Source: Octopus sinensis (taxonomy: Eukaryota). Taken from it: DNA of 64,000 bases. This document shows, one piece after another, positions 36,391-50,420 of this stretch. A program made the position numbers and the translations under genes. Where the stretch lies: the NCBI RefSeq assembly GCF_006345805.1, contig NC_043024.1, forward strand, positions 1,612,001 through 1,676,000. Reading direction: 5' to 3'. Every line of letters begins with the position of its first letter. Positions within the stretch are counted from its first letter, which is position 1. The notes beneath the pieces were generated by a model that was not told the origin of the DNA, ran no database searches, and worked only from the letters and a program-made list of their open reading frames with translations.

Positions 36391-39381
36391 CATATATACA
36401 TAAATGCCCGTTGTTAATGTTGAAATTCCAATGATGGTGCCTTGGACCTAGGTTAGAAACCAACTCCTTCTCTGTTGGCAAGAAATCTTGAAATAAAACT
36501 GAATAATGACATACATTAATCTGTTAGATATAGATAGATAGATAGATGTACATATACGTATATATGTGTATATGTGTGTATATAAGTATGCCTGCACGTA
36601 TCTATGGGTGGGTGTGTTTGTGTTTGTCCTCCACCACTGGTTGATAGCCAGGGTTGGTTTGTTTACATCCTCATAGCATAGCAGTTTAACAAAAAGAGTC
36701 CAACAGAAGAACATAAACAATAGGCTTAAAACAAAAAAAAAAGCCATGTCAATTTGTTTGACTAAAACCCTTCAAGATGGTGCTCCAGTATGGCCCTACC
36801 CCAATGACTGAAACACATAAAAGATGACTCATTACATTTTTTTAAATTGAAAGCTTTGGAGGAATTTCATTGACCTCAAGTGGTCAGTGACCTTTTTCTA
36901 TCCGAACGGAGCTGTTGGCCAATCCTTTGATGAGGTCAGAACTTTATTTGGAAATTCCATTTCTTTGTTTTGTTTTGTTGATTTTTTAAACTTATTCTTT
37001 TATTTTTCTCTTCTTTTCTTTGTTTCAGTCATTGGACTGTGACCATGCTGGAGCACTGCCTTTAAGGGTTTTAGTTGAAGAATTTGACCCTGGGACTTAT
37101 TGTAAGTCTAGTATTTATTCTATCAGTTTCTTTTGCTAAAACGATGGCTGGGGGACAAACACAATCACACACACATAAATATATACATACATATATATAT
37201 ACATACATACATATATATATATCATCATCATCATCATTTAGCGTCCACTTTCCATGCTAGCATGGGTTGGACGGTTCAACTGGGGTCTGTGAAGCCAGAA
37301 GGCTGCACCAGACTCCAATCTGATCTGGCAGGGTTTCTACAGCTGGATGCCCTTTCTAACACCAACCACTCCGTGAATGTAGTGGGTGCTTTTTACGTGC
37401 CACCCGCACAAGTGCCAGACGGAGCTGGCAAACGGCCACGGATGGATGGTGCTTTTTACGTGCCACCGGCATGGGGGCCAGGCGAGGCTGGCAACGGCCA
37501 CAAACGGATGGTGCTTTTACGTGCCACCGGCACAGGGGCCAGGCGAGGTTGGCAATGGCCACGAACGGATGGTGCTACGTGCCACCGGGAGTTACAACTA
37601 TGATGTTGTTGAGGAAATATGTCCTTTGTCTATCTACTTATCGTCTTTGTGATTTTGGTTAATAGAATAACTATACAAATGAAACCTTCGAATTTAACTA
37701 AATTCTATATTTATATACAACTGAAGATTGCTCGACATTTTAAAACTGATGTAATATTTGCATTGTTCAATTAAATGGAGTCGCATGAAACAATCGTACT
37801 GCATTACCTCTGGATATCCTTGCTGCTTATTTTGATTATAATCACCCCATTTTGAATCATATGGATAATACCATACTAAATTGTGGTGCCTTTAACTTAA
37901 GTACCATATTCAACTGAATATATATACGATGGGCTTCTTTCAATTTCCATCAACCAAATCCACTCACAAGGTTTTGGTCAGCCTGAGGCTATAGTAGAAT
38001 TAAGGTACAGCAGGGTTCACCACCAGCCCCTGCCGGAGCCATGTGGAGCTTTAGGTGTTTTCACTCAACAGATACTCACAGCACCCACTACATTCACGGA
38101 GTGGTTGGCATTAGGAAGGGCATCCAGCTCTAGAAACTCTGCCAGATCAGACTGGAGCCTGGTGCAGCCTCCTGTCTTCCCAGATCCCGTTGAACCATCC
38201 AACCCATGCTAGCATGGAAAGCAGATGTTAAACGATGATGATGATGATGATGAAAATAACAAAATTTCCTTGTGATATTTGTTCTTGGTCAGTTCTATAG
38301 GCACTCCCTTGTTCACTCTGACCAGCTTGTGATTAGCCAATTGACAACCACCAGCAAAGTCAGTGTGCAGGAAATATGAAACAAAAATTAAAAATAGATA
38401 AATTTTACATGTAATCTCAGCTGTACATGCATCGAAGATATGTTATCAGAAGAATAAGTAATGGCCCTTTGACGAGAATTTAGTAAACAGTTCATCCTGA
38501 AATTAATCTACAACCTGACAACACACATGCACAACATAACATGCACACACACCCACACAAAGCACACATACACTAACACACACATCAGTCACACACGCAT
38601 CAAGTGCACACACACACACACTCCTCTCTCTCTCTCTTTCCCTCTCCCTTAAGCAATTGTATTTTACAAGTCCACTCATACAACCTGTCTTATGAGACAA
38701 TTTGTGTTGCATGTCAATTTACATACAGGACAAGTCAAAGAGGGAGTAATCGACTCATGCCCTGCCCCAAAACTGCAGGCCCTTGAAACCAATATATAGA
38801 TTAGCAATATAAAGGTCCACCATAATATAAACCTAACATATAGATTTTGACTCCATATATTTGACACATATATCGGTTAACCAAATGCAATTGACTTTAT
38901 ACAAATGACGATATAATGTTGACAATGTACAGTTGACAACATACATGTTGACTATTGACCATATATTCTTGACTTTATACATTTGACAATATATACCTGA
39001 CAATATATATTGACCATATACACATGATCATAATACAAATTGACCATATACACTTGACAGTATACAGTCAATCAGTTGGCCATAGTTGACAACATGCAGT
39101 TGACAACATACAATTGACCACATATAGTTGACCATATATTGTTGGCCATATCATCATCGTCATCATCATCATCATCATTTCAAATCCCTTTTTTTCCAAA
39201 ATGGCATGGCTTGGATGGTTTGACCAGAACAGATGAGCCAGAGGGTTCTGCTAGGCTCTATGTTTGCTCTGGTATGGTTTCTACAGCTCCATGCTCATCC
39301 TGACACCACCCAATTAACTTTACATAATTAACATTTGTTGCCAATAAATAAATGCTGTAGGGGTCAGTACTTTGATTTGCC

Positions 39382-39412
<31 letters not shown>

Positions 39413-40104
39413 GGTGGTTGTGTGAGGACTAATGTTGCTTAGACAGTTCGTTGGGGAACACTGCCACAGTATGGCATTGGTGTTTGGTTGTTAGGGACCC
39501 AACAGGTTGTACAGGTTTACCTAATGGCTGAGAGTAGATGTCCTCTCACATGCTCAAACAAACAGTCACACAAACACACGTGTATGTGCATATGCATGTG
39601 TGTGTGTGTGCGTGTCCGTGTATGTGTCCGTGTGTGTGTCCGTGTGTGTGTGTCCGTGTGTGTGTCCGTGTGTGCATCTTTCCTCCCTCCATGTTGGGTG
39701 AAAGATGGAAACATTGGTGGGAAAGAAAAAAAAACTGCTAAGACAATTGTGTCTTGAATAAGAATTACTTTTCAGGTGTGTCATTTAAACAAGTTATACA
39801 AAGGGGAAGAAGAGGAGGAGAAGGAGAAGAAGAAGGTAGAGGTGGAGGTGGTGGCAGCTTTTGTTTGCAGAAAAACAATATAAACAATGAAAAGACAGCC
39901 AGAGACATTTTATGGGTTGAAGGAAAATTGTCACATACAGTCCACACACACACTCTCTCTCTCTCTCTCTCTCTCACTTCCTTTATCTCTGTCTCTCTTT
40001 CTCTCTTGCACACCCTTTCTGTCTATCTGTCCATCTGTCTGTTTCTCTCTCTCTGTTTCTCTCTCTCTCTCTTGCACTCCCATTCGCTTTCTTTTCTCTT
40101 TCTT

Positions 40105-40143
<39 letters not shown>

Positions 40144-41179
40144 CACACACTCTCTGCCTCTCTCCCACTCTCACTGTTATGGAACTAATTAAATAAAATA
40201 TTAAATATGTAATTAAATATTCATTAATTTAACGAGAGTTTCATGAAGATCAGGTTCCCCCCTACATCCAGTGTTGGCATATTTAGTTTTATTTAAAATA
40301 TCTGGGTTAGAGCCTGGTTCAAGAAGTGCAAAGCAAGGAATGGTTTTAAAAGTCTCAAGTTTGAATATTTTGGCTTGTAGGCACAGGAGTGGCTGTGTGG
40401 TAAGTAGCTTGCTTACCAACCACATGGTTCAGGCTTCAGTACCACTGCGTAGCACCTTGGGCAAGTGTTTTCTACTATAGTCTCGGGCTGACCAAAGCCT
40501 TGTCAATGAATTTGGTAGATGGAAACTGAAAGAAGCCTGTCGTATAGATATATGTGTGTGTGTGTGTATGTGTGTGTGTGTGTATATGTTTGTGTGTCTG
40601 TATTTGTCCCCCCCACTATCTCTTGACATCCGATGTTGGTGTGTTTATGTCCTCGTAACTTAGCGGTTCGGCAAAAGAGACCAATAGAATAAGTACTAGT
40701 CTTACAAGGAATGAGTCCTGAGGTTGATTTGTTTGACTAAAGGCGGTGCTCCAGCATGGCCACAGTCACATGACTGATAAATGAATAAAAGATCTGTTAA
40801 ATTGAACAGAAGAACACTCGACCTCAGCATCCGCATCACTTGAGATTTCGAGGTTAAATATCTCCCCGCCACCCGATGTTGTCCAAGGGAAAGGCAAAGG
40901 GGCCGATACAGCTTGGCGCCAGTGACACCACAACTCATTTCTACAGCTGAGTGGAATGAAGTGTCTTGCTCAAGAACACAGCACACAGCCCGATCTGGGA
41001 ATTGAACTCACTGCCTCGTGATTGTGAGCCAGTGAGATGCTGAGACATGTGCCTTCATGTGCGCGCGTACATACACACACGTCGTTGTATCTGTGTTTGT
41101 CCACCAACACTGCTTAACGACGGCTGTTGGTTTGTTTACGTCTGCCTAACTTAGCAAAAGAAACTGATACAAAAAAAGG

Positions 41180-41540
41180 GAAGCCTCTTGTCCTTGTCCG
41201 CTTCCTTGTCCGTGTTCGAGCGTGGGATCCCCGTCCGTTGATTGGAGCCGCGAACGATTTTGCCAACTGGAACCAATCTAAGGGCGATAACCCCGCCCCG
41301 CCTCTGACTCGGACAAAATAGATTTTTTTGCTTACGAAATTAACTGACCGTGACGTCTCTCTACCTCCACTTTGAAAAGAAATCGTTTGCCCACAGCCAT
41401 TTGAGTTCGAAGAGCCGTTTATAAAGCTCAGTCATTCTATGACCGCACATATAATTGACTTCCTATCAATATATTAGTGTTCTAACGTTTAGAGCGCGCT
41501 TCGTTTCCGAATCTATGATCTACTGGCGATATTAAAGACC
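41180..41540. promoter_or_regulatory. CpG-rich, promoter-like segment with no identified gene
   Basis: CpG enrichment against a depleted background, a tandem GC box CCCCGCCCCGCC (about 41291-41302), CCAAT boxes on both strands (about 41240, 41274) and TGACGTC (about 41351). Confidence 0.4.
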
Positions 41541-41569
41541 CCATTTGGTCACGGAATGACCATGGGATT

Positions 41570-41825
41570 GCACCAAGAAAGTTACCCTCCGAGGTACAAG
41601 TCCGGGCAATGTTGTTTTATGGAAGACCAGCAGTCGACCATGTATAACCGCCTCCTCTCTCCACGCCACCGATTTTGTCCAAGGGAAGAGCAAAGGCGCC
41701 AGAGACGTCGAAACTCGTTTAAAGTTTCTTACTCAAGAGCACAACATACAACCCGGTCCGGGAATCGAACTCACTGCCTCATGGTTGTGAGCCCGACGCT
41801 CTAACCACTGAGCCATGCGCCTTCA
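41570..41825 (-). mobile_element. tRNA-headed SINE family F. Other copies: about 5503-5710(+), 31280-31410(-), 40830-41050(-)
   Basis: Head GGCGCATGGCTCAGTGGTTAGAGCG...GAGTTCGATTCCCGGACC followed by TGTG(T/C)TCTTGAG(C/T)AAGA.ACTT. Confidence 0.75.
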
Positions 41826-41974
41826 CATACACCAATCTCAAGAAGTCTTCTAGTGAACGTGATCTGGGTATTATTGTAAACAGCGATCTACGTTGGACAA
41901 ACCACATCTCTAAGATCGTCAAGAATGGTCGGTAAGGCCTTGGTCAGCAGAAGGTGAGAACGCTGGAAGCCAGA

Positions 41975-42800
41975 TTAATAATAGGGATATGGGTGGTTCT
42001 GGTAAATCTTGTAAATGTAGAAACCTTAGATTATGTTCCATTGACGGATTCTGTCTGACTTCTAGTGGCTATATATAAATGCGTTGATAAAGAGGAAGGT
42101 AACTCGGATAGGTTTTATAGAGGCAGTACTGTCAATTCTTAGGCTAGGTATAGAACCCACATGAATTCGTTTTCGAACGAAAAATAACTCCACTACACTT
42201 GCTTATACATGGTTTAAAGAGGAATAAAAAAAGTTATTCTCGAGGGCCCCTTATTTTAGAGGTGATTTTAACAAGTGTAAGTTGTGTGTAAGGAAATCTC
42301 TTGCTGTCCTTAAATCCCTTGGGCCTAAAACATTAAATAAATTCACAGATGTGATTCCTTTTAGTAACCATAAGTTTTCTACTTTTCTGGAAGTATACAG
42401 AAGTAAAATTAAAAGTTGTAAATAATATTTAGTTTTACGGGGATTTGAAACCGGATCGTAAAATTTCCTATTATTAGCGGTCACCTGTATTTTAGCAACG
42501 AAATAGGGTTTTTTTTTTTGTGTGTGTTAGAAAATTTGGACTCGTCCTGCGATTGATTATTACCAATTTTAATTAGCCAGGTGGTGTTGAACGAACATGT
42601 TGTTGAGATTCATGTTCATCTTAATGAGTGAGTCATTGCCCCGAAATCGCCATTAATGTGTTTGACTTAATTTTGTGGAATTCTTTTTACTCATGGAGTC
42701 CAACCTGCCATGGTTTTTACTAATTGAACTTTTTGACGTATTTTGTTTGTTTAAGGTGAGTACGAACATTTTTTTAGTTTTATTTATATTTTTTTTGCAT
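41975..42800 (+). mobile_element. Penelope-like element 3' remnant (GIY-YIG endonuclease plus pseudo-LTR region)
   Basis: KSCKCRNLRLCSIDGFCL, FYRGST...RYRTHMNSF..STTL and RAPYFRGDFNKCKLC...LKSLGPKTLNK follow the PLE CxC-CPxxGxCL / GIY-YIG / CxLC pattern. An AAG|gtgagt donor lies at about 42755. Confidence 0.8.
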
Positions 42801-43393
42801 GACACGGTTTAGAATCGTTGGTCGATTGAATATACCTTCTTGATAGGCCGTTCTATATATTTGTAGTTTTATTCGCAAATATATTTTTTACCTTTAGTGT
42901 ATTTTTTTTTATATACGTATACTTTATATGTTTAAGGGCCATGGTAGTATTTATATATGATCAAATGTTTGGAAGCATGGCGTTATATATATGAAGTCGT
43001 TGCCTCGAATTTGATGTTTGTTTTATGATCAATGTTTCTTTATCTCTGTCTCAATTACATTTGAGCACTTTTTTGCAATCTTATAAACCCTTTTGTCTCC
43101 ATAGAAAGAGGCAAAACTATTTCTTGTCGCGCGTATGTGTGTGTATATATATCCTTCGAAACGTTTAGTAGATGAAACCTTAGCGACTGAAGAAGGGGAT
43201 TTTTCGTTGTGCTTATTGTCCTGTATCTCTCTTTTTTTTGCTTGTCTTGTTCCTTGGTTTGTGTCTATGTGTTTCATCTCTCTATGTGTTCGACGTCTTT
43301 TTGGTGTCCTGTACACATATATGCGTGTATATGTACATGTAGAGGTAGGTACGTACATATATGTTTATATATATGCATATGTTCTATTTTATT

Positions 43394-43434
<41 letters not shown>

Positions 43435-46335
43435 CGGATTTCTTTCACTTTCCTTCTACCAAATCCACTCACAAGGCTTTGGTCAGCCTAAGGTTATAGT
43501 AGAAGACACTTGCTCAAAGTGCCGCGCAGTGGAACTGAACCCGGAACCATGTGGTTGGGAAGCAAACGTTATACCCCAAAACCATCCCTTGCACCTATCA
43601 TTGAAATACTTTTATCAACGTTTGACGATTAATAAACATTTCCGCAATGCATGACTTGACTGGATGAAAAGGAGCGTTTGACGTCTGCGCGATTTGATCT
43701 CGGTACGCAAATGGAGATAACTATACCCTACAAATTATCTACCCTGGTCATTGTCACCTACTCCGTGTGTGTGTGTGTGTGTGTGTGTGGTGTTGCTGTC
43801 CATAGTTACAAACTCGGAAGAACTAAAACGCTTTGTCTTTGAAGATGGCCTGCAAATTTTGGCAGAAGGTCAGCGGTCTTGGAGGAGGACTAAATCGATT
43901 AGATCGACTCCAGTGGTCATATTTTACCGATCCTGAAAATTTAAAGCGGTAAAGTCGACCTGGGCGGAATTTAAACGAAAGGACGAACAAAATGCCGCGA
44001 AGCCTTTCGCTCAGCGACTTCTCAACGCTTCTGTCATCTCGCCGTCTTATAATTGTCTTATATTCTTTTCTACTCTAAGCACAAGGACCTAAATTTTGGG
44101 GAATGGGGTCAGTCGATTATATCGACCCCAGTACGTAACTGGTACTTAAATTATCGACCCCGAAAGGATGAAAGGCAAAGTCGACCTCGGCGGGAGTGTC
44201 TTATAGTAATGTTCTGTGATATTGTCTGAGCAATCCATATGGAATGTGAATAAATTCCAAGGGAGGTAATTTCATTTAAAAATGGAATAGTATTCTAACA
44301 GTTCTCTCCCTTGCTGGCTTTTGGTTAGTCGAAGCGAAGGAATATATTTAATGGAGAGCAATTTTCCTCAACGACTTTTGATGATAATAATAATAATTCT
44401 GCCAGCTGGTCACTCTGCAGCATTTGTGTGAGGTTTTGTGACAACTGTTAAAATCGCTCTTCAACTTTTATAAGAGATGATAGGCAGAGGTGTGGGTGTG
44501 GTAAAAGCTTGCTTCCCAACCACATGGCTCTGGGTTCAGTCCCACTGCATGGAACCTTGAACAAGTGTCTTCTATTATAGCCTTGGGCCAATCGAAGCCA
44601 TGGGAGTGGATTTAGTAGACAGAAACTGAAAGAAGCCAGTTGTGTATGTATATATATATATTATGTATGTATATATGTTTGTATGTATGTATGTATATTT
44701 GTATATATATATGTCTTCTACTGTAGCTTCAGGCCAACAAAAGGTTTGTGAATGGATTTGGTAGAAGGAAACTGAAAGAAGCCTGTTGTAAATGTGTGTG
44801 TGTATCTGTCTCCTAGATTGGTCAAGTTGTGATCATTGTACAAGCAGTGTAATTCATGCCCAAAATTCTACAAAACCATGTCTGGCCAATGAGGAAATAC
44901 TTGCGTTGCTTTGGAAACGGGTGAGGGTCGGTAACAGGAAGGGCATCCAGCTGTAGAAAGCCTGCTTCGACAAACTCTGTCCAACCTATGCAACCGTGGA
45001 GATGTGGACACTCACTGAGGATAAGGATAACAAATTCAAATTCTGTCCATGTGTCAAGTTTTATAGGAAGCTTGTTCATCATTTTATTACGACATTCCTG
45101 TTGAAATACATTGCCTTTATTTGGATTAATTTTGGAAATAAGGAAGGATTCTTGTGATTTTGATGAACATGAAGATTTGATGGAAGAAAGTTTTCATTTT
45201 GATTGCTTGAAGTAAAGAAATTTTCATCACAGAACCAGGGACAGTCTTTGGTGGATTGACATCAGGAAGTTTCTGTCATAGAACCAGGAATGGGTTCAGG
45301 TGGGTTGGCATTAGAAGCTTGCTTCCCAACCACATGGTTCCAGGTTCAGTCCCACTGTGTGGCACCTTGGGCAAGTATCTGTTTCTTTATTACCCACAAG
45401 GGGCTAAACATAGAGGGGACAAATGGATTAAGTCGAGTACATTGACCCCAGTGCGTAACTGGTACTTAATTTATCAACCCCGAAAGGATGACAGGCAAAG
45501 TACGGCTATGCATTTCACCCACCCTGCTAATGGTTCTGCCAGCTTGCCACCTTTGCACCTTGAGCAAGTATCTTTTACTAAATGCCTGGGCCAACCAAAG
45601 CCTTGTGAGTGGACTTGGTAAATGGAAACTGAAAGAAGCCCATAGTGTATATGTGTGTGTCTTGTGTTCATCCACCCACCGCCACGTGACTGGTGTTGGT
45701 GTGTTTATGTCCCTGTAACTTAGCAATTCAGCAAAAAGAGAATGGCAGACAAGCTTGAAAAAATAAGTCCCAGGATCGATTCATTCAACAAAAAACAAGG
45801 TCGGAATCCAATGACTGCAACAATCAAGGCTCCAAAGCTTTTAAAAAACCACTTGAGATATTTGTGCTGTGTACAAAAAAAAAAAGGTACTATTTTTGAA
45901 AGAACTACACAGAAATGCTTTCCAAGTTTCAAGGACCAGGAAATTCAACTGAATAAACTCTCTGCGTTCCGGCCAACTTCTTCAGTTCAAGGAGAACCGA
46001 TTGAACAAGCTCATCCACAAAAACCTGTACTGATCCGGAGGAAATGACTCAATGAATGAGATGCTATCGTAATACAATCATGGATCACTCTCACGCGACT
46101 GGCTGGTTTCATTATATTGTGGATTGAAAATACGGATAAAAGCAAATGGAAAAAATAAAACAAAACAAATGAATTTATTTGAGAACTCGTGCATTGATGC
46201 ACAAATGTTACCATTACTGGCATTCCATTGATTACAAGGACAAGGGTTCCAAGCAACCCAATTCTCGGAAAAGCCTGCTTGTGAAATTGATAAGTGGCTG
46301 AGCACACCACAGACATGTGTATCCCTCTTAATATT

Positions 46336-46550
46336 CAAGAGGGTTGAAAAGTTCCTGGCTTTGGCTAAAAGAAAACATATGAGGATCAGTTGATTATGAT
46401 TTTAGTCAACATATTCCCCTTCTTGGGTTCACATACTTATCACAGTGGTCTTTCAGTTTTTCTAAGCCCTGTAAAAGTACTTGGATGGTTCGGCCTCCAG
46501 CCTGGCCTTTTGCGATACCCTTAATACTGATAACTTTTCAGTACCCCTTC
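46336..46550. mobile_element. Tc1/mariner-type MITE. Other copies: 47571-47795, 48018-48243, partial at 34300-34390
   Basis: About 220 bp with TIRs resembling TA(C/T)GAGG(G)GGT(A/G)CTGAAAAGTTCCTGG, at TA sites. Three full copies lie within 2 kb. Confidence 0.75.
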
Positions 46551-49500
46551 TGTGTGTGTGTGAGTGTAATATTTAAAAGGAGAATTCAGGTAGGTTCAAC
46601 CATTTTAGAATAATAATACAACTTATACTCGGCCATAAAACCGGTGTATGCAAATTAAAATATATTTAATGTATCACTAAAATATTAAACATTTTCATCA
46701 TCATCGTTTAACGTCTGCTTTCCATGCTAGCATGGGTTGGACGATTTTGACTGAGGGCTGGTGAACCAGATGGCTGCACCAGGCCCCAATCTGATCTGGC
46801 AGAGTTTCTACAGCTGGATGCCCTTCCTAATGCCAACCACTCTGAGAGTGTAGTGGGTGCTTTTATGCTGGTAACAATCACGCTCGAATGGTGCCTTTAA
46901 CGTGCCACCGGCACGGAAGTCAGTTAGCCACTCTCACAACGATCACGCTCAAATGGTGCTCTTGGCACCCTACTAGCACGGGGCACAAATGCCAGTAAGG
47001 CGACGCTGGTAACGATAAAGATGCTAATATATTTTTTTTTTACCTCAGTATAGTTATTCTACCCATATGTCTATATTTTTATATATTTATGTATCTATAA
47101 ACTTTTAACATTTTAAAATATTTTAATGAGTAATACATCATCATTTAACGTCCTCCTAGGCTGGCATGGGTTGGGCGGTTTGACTGAGGTCTGGCAAGCC
47201 AGAAGGCTGCACCAGGTTCCAATCGGATTTGACAAGATTTCTACAGCTGGATGCCCTTCCTAACGCCAACTACTCCAAGAGTACATTGGATGCTTTCTAC
47301 GTGCCACCGGCATGGAACCAGTCAGGTGGCACTGGCACCGACTACACTCGAACGGTGCTTTTTACATGCCACCAGCACGGGACTAGTCAGGTGGCACAAC
47401 CGGTTGTATGGCTGAGTTTGTTGTATTATTATTCCAAATTGTTGAACCTACCTGAATTCTCCTTTTAAATATAATATATAAATATCTAACATCTCTGGTT
47501 ATCCACCTGACCACTTCACAGCACTAACTATATATGAAGCAAAAATATAACTAATATATATATATATATACATGAGAATTTTCTCAAAAGTTCTTGGCTT
47601 TGAATAAAAGAGAATACAGGAGGATTTGTTAATCATGATTTTATTCAACATATTCCCCTCCGCTCAGGTTCACACACTTGCTGCAGTGGTCCTTCAGTTT
47701 TTCTAAGGCCTGTAAAAGAACTTGGATGGTTGGGCCTCCAACCAGGCCTTTCACAATACCTTTAAAGCCAGGAACTTTTCGGCACCTCCTCATATATATA
47801 TGTGTGTATGTATGTATGTATGTGTGTGTGTATGCATGTATGTGTATGTATGAATGTGTATGTGTGTATATATGTATGTGCATGCATATGTATGTATGTA
47901 TGTATGTGCATGCATGCATGTATGTATATGTATGTATGTATATGCATGCATGCATGTATATATGTGTATGTATGTATGTATGTGTATGCATGTATGTGTG
48001 TGTATATATATGTGTATATGAGGTGGTGCTGGAAAGTTGTTTGGTTAAAAGAAAATACAAGAGGATCATTTAATCAGGATTTTATTCACCATATTCTCCC
48101 CCCCTCTCACATTCATTTCATGCCCTCATTGCAGTGGTTCTTCAGGTTTTTCTAAGCCCAGTAAAAGAACTCGGAAGGGTGGGGCTCCAGCCTGGCCTTT
48201 CGCTATACCCTCAAGTCCAGGAACTTTTTAGCATTCCTTCGTAGTTCTCAGGGCAATTCAGCATGATGTAGAATATGACAAGGCTGACCCCTTTGAAATT
48301 ACCGGTACTCCCCATTGCTGGCTGAGTGAACCGGAGCAATATGAAACACGTGGCACTCCACCGGTTACGACGACGAGGGTTCCAGTTGATCCGATCAACG
48401 GAACAGCCTGCTCGTGACATTAGCATGCAAGTGGCTGAGTACTCCACAGACATGCGTACCCTCAATGCGACAAGGCTGGCCCCTTTGTAATTACAGGTAC
48501 AGCACATTTTTGCCTGCTGAGTGGACTGGAGCAGTGAATCCTGAAAGAGAGGCTGAATCGACCTTGGTGGAATTTGAACTCACAACGTGAAGACAGTGAA
48601 AATGCTGGTACGCATTTCGTCCAGTGTGCTAACGATTCTGCCAGCTTGCCACCTTAATAATAATAATAATAATAATTTCTTTATTGCCCACAAGGGGCTA
48701 AACATAGAGGGGACAAACAAGGACAGACAAAGGAATTAAGTTGATTACATTGATCCCCAATACGTAACTGGTACTTATTTAATAAAAAAGATGGGCTACA
48801 GCAAACATTCTGCTCAATACCACAGGTTTACTTGTCAGTTGTTTGACCGTAACCAGTTGAGCATGTCCCTTAGGGGCTGAAGATATGTGCATCTTTGATC
48901 ACGAGTAGAAGTAGTGGGGGAGCATCATAGCCATGTGTTGAGAGGGATTCTTTAGGGTTTGAATAAATCTCTTCAGGAAATATGAGTTTTGTTCATCCTT
49001 AAAACAACCCTTATTCAGGGACCTTTTGAGCAGGATGGGCTACTCGACCTGAAGAAAATTCTAACTGGGCCCCACCTGCAAGACCATGTGCCGTTTATCT
49101 TGATATGAGATCACCATGTCACACACATATGATTGTGATATATGTGCTTGGTGTACCCTTATCAGAGGGGTAGTCATGATGGGTATACTGGGCTTTGTAT
49201 ACTTGTACTCCAATGTCTCTTTGATGGCATGTGCTGCTCTCTAATAATAATAATTTTTGCAAATTTGGACAGAAGGTCAGTAATTTTTTAGGGAGAGGAT
49301 TAAATTGACCTCTGTGACCAACTGCCACTTTATTTCATTGACCTCAAAATGATGAAAGGCGAAGTCAACCATGGCAGAATTTGAACTCTCAACATCAAGA
49401 CAGACAAAATGCTTCTAAGCATTTTGCCTGGTGTGCTAACGATTCTGCGAGCTCGGCAATGGTTGGCACAAGGACAAGTTTGGGGGAGAGAGTAAGTTGA

Positions 49501-50389
49501 TTACATCAACCCCCAGTACTCAACTGGTACTTATTTTATTGACCCTGAAAGGATGAAAAGCTGAGCCAACCCTGGCAGAATTTGAACTCGGGACAGATAG
49601 CCAGAAAAAGTGCTGCAAAGAAATTTGTCCAGCATGCTAAAGATTCTGGCCAGCTCGCCGCTTAATAATGATAATAATCCTTTCTACTATAGGTACAAGG
49701 CCTGAAATTTGGGGGATGGGGACTTGTTGATGACATTGACCCCAGTGTGTAACTGGTACTTAATTTATCAATCCCAAAAGGAGGAAAGGCAAAGTCAACC
49801 TCAGCAGACGAAATACTTATTTCTTTACTGCCCACAAGGGGCTAAACACAGAAGGACAGACAAACGGATTAAGTCGATTATATCGACCCCAGTGCATAAC
49901 TGGTACTTATTTAATCGCCCCCCGAAAGGCAAAGTCAACCTCGGCTGAATTTGAACTCAAAACGTAACAGCAGACAAAATACTGCTAAGCATTTGCACCT
50001 GACATGTTAACGATTCTGCCAATACACCACCTTGAAAAGAATAATAACAGAAGAAGAAGAATAAAGATGCAAATGGAAGAAGAAGAAGATTTTTATGCAA
50101 GAATCTTAACACTTGATCCAACATCATCCAAACATGTCATTCTTTGATTTGGTTTGGGGTCAGAAGGAAGAGAAAGCAGGAAGGAAGAGAGTGGAGTGTC
50201 TTGGCCAAAGGCCCCTTCGTCAGGACACACCTGTCAGTGCACACCTGCCCTACGTTCTCACTTCGGGACCTTTCACCTCATCTTTTGAACCTTTCAATGT
50301 AAAAAAAAAAAAAAAAAAAATAATAATAATAATAAAGAGCTGAATAGAAGGAAATGTGTGTGTAGAGAGAGAGAGAAAGAGGGACAGAC

Positions 50390-50420
<31 letters not shown>

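Noticed and set aside
38440-38510. Candidate terminal exon DELFTKFSSKGHYLFF* (minus strand)
   Set aside because: No upstream exons could be linked to it and it is too short to support.
45742-46047. 101-aa plus-strand ORF and an antisense frame (VFVDELVQSVLLELKK...)
   Set aside because: It begins in a SINE tail, has no convincing splice partners and shows no recognisable domain.
46200-46280. Apparent exon GFSENWVAWNPCPCNQWNASNG (minus strand)
   Set aside because: It aligns to the decayed 3' body of family-B SINEs.
50250-50290. Possible alternative ERP44 last exon (acceptor ...acattgaaag|GTT giving VQKMR* in phase 0)
   Set aside because: The AAG acceptor is weak, its pyrimidine tract is only a poly-A run on the + strand, and there is no supporting similarity.
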